From Chrysomallon squamiferum (taxonomy: Eukaryota; Animalia; Mollusca), in NCBI GenBank assembly GCA_012295275.1, contig CM022669.1:19158001-19222000 (forward strand): DNA of 64,000 bases, given 5' to 3'. The notes beneath the pieces were generated by a model that was given only the letters and a program-made list of their open reading frames with translations, had not been told where the DNA came from and ran no database searches. A program made the translations under genes and the position numbers. Shown piece by piece: positions 56,540-64,000 of this stretch; position 1 is the stretch's first letter; the number at the start of each line of letters is the position of its first letter.

Positions 56540-57200
56540 AATCCTAATCTTAACTTTAGTTTAAGCCTAACACTAATTGTAAACCTATCCATAATGCCAA
56601 TCATAACCCTACCACCTAACCCTAATATTAATACTAATAATAACCCTAATCGAAACCCTAATATTAACTTTAACTCTCACCGTAATCCTCTATCTTTAAA
56701 CCATAACCCTAGGTTAAATTCTATCTTTAATGCTAACCCTAGGTTAAACCCTAATCATCAGCAATAAACCTGAAAACTAATCCTAAATATACACACTAAC
56801 CCTAACCCTAACCATAAACCTAACATTAAATCTAATCCTGCTGACATTAACCTTTACCCTAATTTGTACACTAACCCTAACCCAGACTCTAACCCTAACC
56901 GTAAGCTTTACCGTAACGACTTTCCGGGCCCTAACCCAAATCGTAACCTCGAACCCAAATTTTCTCTAATCCTAAATCTAACATTAAAGCTATCACTAAC
57001 TATAACATAATTCAAACCCTAGCTATAACCGTAAACCTAACTATAAGCCCCATTTCAACTATTATACTAACTGTAGCTTAGCCCTAACATTAAGTATGAG
57101 CCTGTCCCCAATCCTAACGTTTATTTTAACACTAACCCAATCCACAATCGTAAACTTATGTATATTCAGAACTATCAGCCTAACCCTAAGCATAATCCTG
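56540..57200 (-). repeat. Degenerate telomere-like tract, (CCCTAA)n on +; duplicate of the 50065-50790 tract
   Basis: Much of the same variant succession as the 50 kb tract (e.g. aatgcca..cataaccct, cctaatattaatactaataataaccctaatcgaaaccctaat). Confidence 0.88.
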
Positions 57201-57429
57201 ACTGTCCGTAAACAGCTCCATTAGCTACCCAAGTTAACAACATCTTTGGTCATCTTCCCAGACACAGTGATCATTAAATATTTTCTCGTCTTTATTTTGT
57301 TCTGTTCTCTTTTGCTTCTTCTTCTTCTTTTTTTTTCCTCTTTATTTTTATGTTATTATTCCTTTTGTTTGTTTTGTTTGTTATTTTTTAAAATTATTAT
57401 TATCGTTATTATTATTGTTGATGGTATTG

Positions 57430-57463
<34 letters not shown>

Positions 57464-58746
57464 TTTTATCTTTTTTTTATTGTCTCTTTTTTCAATAATA
57501 TGGATTCTATAAATATATATATGTCCGACTTACGGGTCAAAATCAACTTGCGACCAGTTGGTCGGAACATAACATGGACGAAAGTCTACGAATCTGTAAT
57601 GTGTCTTTCAATAGAATCCAAAATCTGTTCAATAAATTAATTTTTCCTCTTTAAAATCATCCAAACTTTATCTGGTCTCTGCAAGTGTAAAACTGAATCT
57701 CAGATTCTATATAGAATAATTAAAAACATGTTCTTAACATTTCGTTACGAAAACATCATCATATTTCATTACAACGATAAAAATCTATCTCTAAATGCTA
57801 AATGTGTGTATATATGTGTGTGAGATAGACTTTACAGAATGTTTCTTAGCACGTATCTGTAATTCAATGTGTAATTATTTTGTATGTCTACTTATATACG
57901 TATATGTATGTTTTGTACGTTACTGTATTGCCATCATTTGAAGAAATACATATATAGATATAAAATTTAGTATATTCTGTTTGAACGTATTGTAACTTTT
58001 CTCTTAATCATTAACATATTTTCTCTCTAAAAATAAAATGCATCAAAGAAATAAAATTTCGTAAATATGATGAGAAGAGTTTTGTTTTTGTTTATGTTTG
58101 TTTATCAGTTTGATGGAAAATGTTAAATATCAAATAATTTCCAGTCTTCTAAAATGGTTTGTTTTACAGATTTAGAGAAATTCTTGAAGACAGATAGAAT
58201 GTGACCGCAGATAAGCACAAATAAGGACAAGTAAAAACGTAAGGTAGATTTAAAATTATTATTTTATTAAGCAGATTTCAAAGAATTTTCAACAACCATG
58301 TTATACACGTTCTTGTTAACTCTCCGCTGTTGTCTTCTGTCTGAAACAAAAATTATTTTAAAAACTTATTAAACTGAAATACTACTATAGATACACCATA
58401 TACATTTTATTAGAAATGGTTCTATACTAATGAAATAAAATGAAAAAAAAAAAAAAAAATCGTACTTTATTGATGTTCAACCATTTTGGCCTATTACAAA
58501 GAGTAAAATAAAATAAAATAAAATAAATAAATAAATAAATGAAAACTTAATAAAGAAAAAAACGAGAGAAATTTAGAAGCAGAAGTTGATTTAAATCAGT
58601 GTATACAAGATTAAAGAAGTGAATGCAAATTTTAAAAGTATTTATATTTACATTTATTACATATTTCAAATTAAAATCTTTACATTCTTACATATTTTAA
58701 ACAGTCATTTATTTAAATTGAGAAAACTGATTTAAAACTTACTGAT

Positions 58747-59476
58747 TTATTGGAGATTCTGGAAAACACTGTTAACAAGATCGTCATCTGAAAAATTATT
58801 TTTGTTATAAATATAAACTTTCATACAGCGTTTTTATGTTATCATCGTAGAAACCAGCTGTAAGCTTAAAGAAGCATGAAGAGAGCGAGATGAAATAAGA
58901 GAAAGGTAAATAAAATACGATAATAATAATAAACAAACAAACAAACAAACAAATAAAGAAATAAAGAAAGAAAGAAAGAAAAGAAAAGAAAAGAAACAAT
59001 CGGAATAATAATACATAAACGTTACACTAAAACAATATATAGGTTCCTGGCAATGAAACTCCGGAATTGAAGATATCCAGTAATAGAACAGTGAGAAGAA
59101 TGAAAAATTAAATTCTCTTTCCTGAAGGGATCAGACAATGTATTAGATTTTTTTTTAAATTGAAATATCAAAAAGAGAAAATAATCATTTAAGATGTATT
59201 TTTCAACTTTTTGAAAGCTATCTGATGTGACAGATGTGTGTTTTATTTAATACCATACCTTCAGCATTACTCAACAAATCTCTGACCTCCCTTACTGACA
59301 TAGAGTCTTCAAGTTCAACATCAACATCCCGAACAGCAAAAACTGAAACCAAATACACGTTATTTAACTAACACTTCTATAAAGTGACAGAGAAGAAAAG
59401 CAACAGTGCTATATTTTTATATTATAATCAATTAACAGTTTCGGTTCAGTTTGAGAAAAGTAATAATTCACCACAA

Positions 59477-59511
<35 letters not shown>

Positions 59512-59722
59512 AATTATTTATGACAAATACGATTAACTCTTCTATTCCTATATTTTTCTTAAAATAATTATTTAACAAACCATTTTCAGTTGGCATGTTC
59601 TTCTTCCTGAAAACATGACCAAGAGTTCGGCCAGCTCGGCTTAAAGCTCTTCGGATACGCCATGATGACGTCATTTCCGGGGCGAGGAGGACAACGAGAG
59701 CAATCAAAATTAGAACCTTCAT
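58747..59722 (-). CDS. Secreted cationic peptide precursor, copy 11, subtype B, 88 aa
   Basis: Exons 59722-59581, 59342-59259, 58787-58747; ends DDDLVNSVFQNLQ*. Confidence 0.9.
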
Positions 59723-60031
59723 CTAAAATAAATAAATGAGCAAAAAATAAACAACAAAAATAGCAAATACAACATCATTATATTATCTTTACGAACAATA
59801 TCCGTATAAATATAAATCGGATACCGCGACGAAAATATTGACGCATAATGCGAGAATACAATCCAAAGTCTGACAGTCTGTTCAATAAAATGTAAAGAAG
59901 AAAGAATGTTTTTAAAACAACAAGTATACCAATAAAGAAAACTGAAAAATACAGCTGAGCTCTCATTAATTTAACATTACATAACGTCTATGTGAATGTA
60001 AAAATGAACATCACAAAACGAGACAACTTAC

Positions 60032-60507
60032 CTTGAATGAACGATGTATAAACAGTCGGTGACAATGATGTTTAAAGTGAAAGCTTTTATAGAGAAACTT
60101 GTAATAATTAAACACCAGTCTGCACTGATTTGTGTGATAACTTGGTGTTATTTTAGAATCGATTTCACGCTTACATGATGAAACACATGTTCTGAATCTG
60201 ATAATATGTTGAAATGCAGCCGAATTAACATTACACTGACACACTGCATTCTCGTTGTGTTATCATCATCAGAATTATTATTAACAGACTGTATTTCTAT
60301 TATACCAGTCTACTGAACTTCAGCGTGTGAAAACATGTTTCATTTTCCAGATACATTTTAACACGTACATGAGAAAACTATTTTAAAATAACACCAACTT
60401 ATCACAGAAATCAGTGCAGACTGGTGTTTAATTATTACAAGTTTCTCTATAAAAGCTTTCACTTGAAACATCATTGTCACAGACTGTTTATACATCGCTC
60501 ATACAAG
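60032..60507. promoter_or_regulatory. Palindromic bidirectional promoter, pair 6 (copies 11/12)
   Basis: TATA on - at 60085-60091 and on + at 60448-60454; the spacer is the reverse complement of the pair 1 spacer. Confidence 0.75.
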
Positions 60508-60867
60508 GTAAGTTGTCTTGTTTTCTCTTGTTTTGCTGTGGGAATCACCTACTCAGAATCTAACGACAAACCGGGGAGGAAAGATACACAGTTCTGCTGT
60601 ATAATTTTTCTAGTTATATTTATGTGTTTTTCCATTGTGGTTTCACATTTCAACAAGTCTGCAGTATAATACAAACTTTAAAAACTAAATGGACGAAATG
60701 AATAGAATTGGTGTTCTGCTTTAGCTGAAAATGTTATATTTACCGCTGTTGTTTTTCTTAGTATATTTATTATTGCATAGAGAAAACATTAATATCTCTC
60801 ATTGTTCTCTTTCTTTTGTTATGATATCAAATTGAAATGAATTATTATTATTATTATTATGATTATG

Positions 60868-60915
<48 letters not shown>

Positions 60916-61065
60916 GTTATTGTTATTGTTGTTGTTCTTGTTGTTGTTACTGCTACTACTACTACAACAACAATAACTACTAATACTACAATCGTTTGGT
61001 TACTATAATACCGGTGTTTTGAGGATCCTGCTGCTATTGTTTAATTCTTTTTTCTTTTTTTTTAG

Positions 61066-61435
61066 ATGAAGGTTCTTATTTTGATTGCACTCGTTGTCCT
61101 CCTCGCCCCGGAAATGACGTCATCATGGCGTATCCGAAGAGCTTTAAGCCGAGCTGGCCGAACTCTTGGTCATGTTTTCAGGAAGAAGAACATGCCAACT
61201 GAAAATGGTTTGTTGAACACTTTCCTAAATTAGTATTATCAGAAAAACACAGAAATTCGTTTGTTAATTACATTGTAAATATATAAATTGTATTAAATTA
61301 TGGAAACGAGGCTGAAAAAAAACAACATGTTTAAATATTTTGGATAATAGTGTAATAATTTAACATAATTTGATGACAAAAATATTTCATATCTTCAGAG
61401 TTATGCAAACAGGAAAACACGCACACACCCACACA

Positions 61436-61477
<42 letters not shown>

Positions 61478-61814
61478 GAAAGATAAGTAACTCACGACCG
61501 AATCAGTATATATAAAAAGTAAATTGATATATTAAAACACTTAACACATGTTTTAAACGTTGGCTCCGATTTTTATTTCAGTTGTTACTCGCAGTGTTGA
61601 TGTTGAACTTGATGACAACATGTTAGTGAGAGAGGCCAGAGACATCTTGGATGATTCTGATGGTGAGACAATTGTTTTAAAATAAAAAAATAAAATCATT
61701 GTTTTTATAATCAAGTGGAAAATGTTTTCTGAAATGTGTCATGAATACAATGTTGATGTTATAATTTCAGACGATGATGTCGTTTCCTTTAACGAATTCC
61801 AAGAAATGCAGTGA
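61066..61814 (+). CDS. Secreted cationic peptide precursor, copy 12, subtype A (divergent 3' end), 88 aa
   Basis: Exons 61066-61207, 61582-61662, 61771-61814; ends DDDVVSFNEFQEMQ* (TGA). Candidate 3' UTR exon from 62223 with AATAAA near 62290. Confidence 0.87.
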
Positions 61815-61898
61815 AAATGTAAGTTATAAACTGAAATTTCTTTACTGAGTTACGAAAAGTGTCCTGAAATGAACATTAAACCAAAACATAAAAAAAAA

Positions 61899-61941
<43 letters not shown>

Positions 61942-62349
61942 ATTGATTAATTAATTAATTTAAAAAAATTAAAAATTCATTACTATTTTTTCCATAGTTA
62001 ACGATAATGCGAATTCAGACCGTTCTTTCTTCTCTTTCGGTTTTTAATTTAATTTTGTTAATTTATTTACTTTTACTGTTTTTTTTTTTTTCTTTGTTCA
62101 AATTTCATTCTTTACATGTTAACTTTTTATTTTCAATATAATATTCATAAATTAATTGTTTTCTTTTAGTACTTTGAAGACGTTATATCACGCGATTTAT
62201 ATTTGCTTAACTTGTATTTCAGGAAAAAAGTCCAGAAAGAAGCATGTAAAAGATGAAAACATCGCAAAACAATGTAATGAAATACATTTAATAAAATGTT
62301 TAAACTTAATCAGTTGTTTTTGTTATGTGTCAATTACATCATCATACAA

Positions 62350-62740
62350 TTAGGGTTAGGGTTAGGTTTGGGTTTGGCTTTGGGTTAGAGTTATGGTTAT
62401 GGTTATGGTTATGGTTATGGTTATGGTTAGCTTTAAGATTATGGTTAGCATTAAACTTACAGTCGGGATTTGGATTACGGTTAGGACTGGTGTTTGGATT
62501 AGGATTACGGTTAGCGTTATGTTTAGGAATGGTGTTAGTATTAGGGTTATGGTTAGGGCTTAGAACTGGGATTAAGGTTAGGGTTACAGTTAGTTGTAGG
62601 GATAAGGCTAGGTTCGAATCGACAATTACAGTTAGGATTACGGTTAGGTTAACATTACCTTTATAGCCAGGATTAGTTTAACTTTACCTTTATTGTTAGG
62701 GCTAGGATTATTTTCAGCATTAAGATTAAAGTTAAGACAA
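62350..62740 (+). repeat. Degenerate (TTAGGG)n/(TTATGG)n tract
   Basis: ttagggttagggttagg...ttatggttatgg, starting just after the poly(A) signal of copy 12. Confidence 0.85.
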
Positions 62741-62972
62741 GAGTTGGGACTGCAGTTACGTTTGTAAGCTCTTTTTATTTACTTGAGTAATAAACATCCT
62801 TACCTTTTAATAATGCTATTTTTGGAGAAAAGGAAAACGAATAAAATAAATAAATAAACAAACCTCTTTGTTGACGATATTCTGCCACTGACATTAATAA
62901 CAGGGGAGATAATTCTCACTTAATGCATATGTGAATGAGTAACTATGAATGTGTTTTAAATAATAATTGGAA

Positions 62973-63019
<47 letters not shown>

Positions 63020-63356
63020 TATATATATATCTTTGCAAAATATCTCATGTCTATGTCGTAGAGCATAATTTGTGTGTAATTTAATTTACGTTTCAAAAAT
63101 GTAATAATAATTAAAGTTTAATTTACGACGTACACGCATAATATAAAGATTAATTGTGTCTATATCTAATAGTCTCTAATAGATAAAATGATGCCTCAAA
63201 AAGTTACATGGAAGAAGATTAACCTGTTATTCGTTTTGTTATTGTATTAGCGTTGATCTGTCTTTGATTACGAATTTCAAAGTCTATACAAACACAAAAC
63301 ACAGCATACAAAGAGAAGTTTAACAACAAAAGAATACAATTAGAAACTGAATTTAA

Positions 63357-63412
<56 letters not shown>

Positions 63413-63646
63413 TTTTTTTTTTTTTTTTTTTGTAGCCTTGATGTGGGCTCGTTTTTCGCCTGGGTAAAATGGCGGCTTTCAGATTGTTATCACAAGTATA
63501 ATAGTGTTATAATTTGTTATTAACGACAGAGGGTCAATCAGATAAAGTACAATAATAAAAATAATACAGATATAATTTTCCTGTCCTTTCTTTTTCTCCC
63601 ATTCTTTTATATTGTATGTTTGGGTTGTATAATAATAATCATAATA

Positions 63647-63688
<42 letters not shown>

Positions 63689-64000
63689 TTTAAAGATTAA
63701 ATAAATACTAATATTGCGGTCGATACTTGTGAATGTTTGTGTATCTGATATACGTGTGCGTTCGTGCGTGCATGTGTTCATATTTCAATGGATAAAGTTT
63801 CTCTCGTTTGTGATGTTACTCATTTATACTAAATGCCGTAGACAGCATATTTCTATGACGTATTTCACAAATCGAAAATGCAAGAACACGCAGAAGTTCA
63901 GCATCTTTTTCTAACATATTTCATCAGAACTTAGTTATGAAGAAGATTCAGCAAGTATTCTATTTTTTAATAGTGGTGAGTAAGAAGATGTCAACAAAAT

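Larger units (their letters stand above)
47500..58800 (+). repeat. Recent direct tandem segmental duplication, unit ~6.48 kb (~47.5-52.3 kb vs ~54.0-58.8 kb)
   Basis: Offsets: ATG 48147 vs 54628 (6481) and stop 52269 vs 58747 (6478). Introns, telomere-like tract and intergenic DNA are visibly near-identical. Confidence 0.85.

Noticed and set aside
27250-62300. Inverted-repeat cassettes as MITE/foldback transposons, or the array as CRISPR-like
   Set aside because: The arms contain TATA boxes, exons and splice donors leading into intact genes. No transposase, target-site duplications or repeat-spacer periodicity was seen, and the context is eukaryotic.
63430-63980. Possible start of another gene (aaaATGGCGGCT, MAAFRLLSQ; donor-like GTGAGT near 63976)
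   Set aside because: I could not build a phase-consistent exon chain within the window, and the evidence is insufficient.

Overview
AT-rich, microsatellite-dense, intron-containing animal genomic DNA (invertebrate; a mollusc or other lophotrochozoan is an inference). Most ORF-track entries are simple-repeat noise, and the real genes had to be assembled by hand from GT-AG exons. Left part (8.9-26.9 kb): two tandem + strand genes for monofunctional peptidylglycine alpha-hydroxylating monooxygenase (PHM), each with 12 coding exons and identical intron phases. Copy 1 is canonical and has an acidic C-terminal tail. Copy 2 is divergent near the active site but keeps all six Cu ligands. Right part (27.2-62.3 kb): 12 copies of a small 5-exon gene for an 88-89 aa secreted precursor: signal peptide, then cationic amphipathic WRIRRA(I/L)SRAGRTL(S/G)HVF, then RKK, then an acidic pro-region with EF-hand-like loops. 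The copies form six head-to-head pairs around palindromic two-TATA promoters, with two C-terminal subtypes (A/B), one frameshifted copy, relic fragments, signs of gene conversion, and degenerate (TTAGGG)n tracts between convergent genes. The best candidate for an undescribed system is this amplified antimicrobial-peptide-like array and its possible link to the adjacent divergent PHM.
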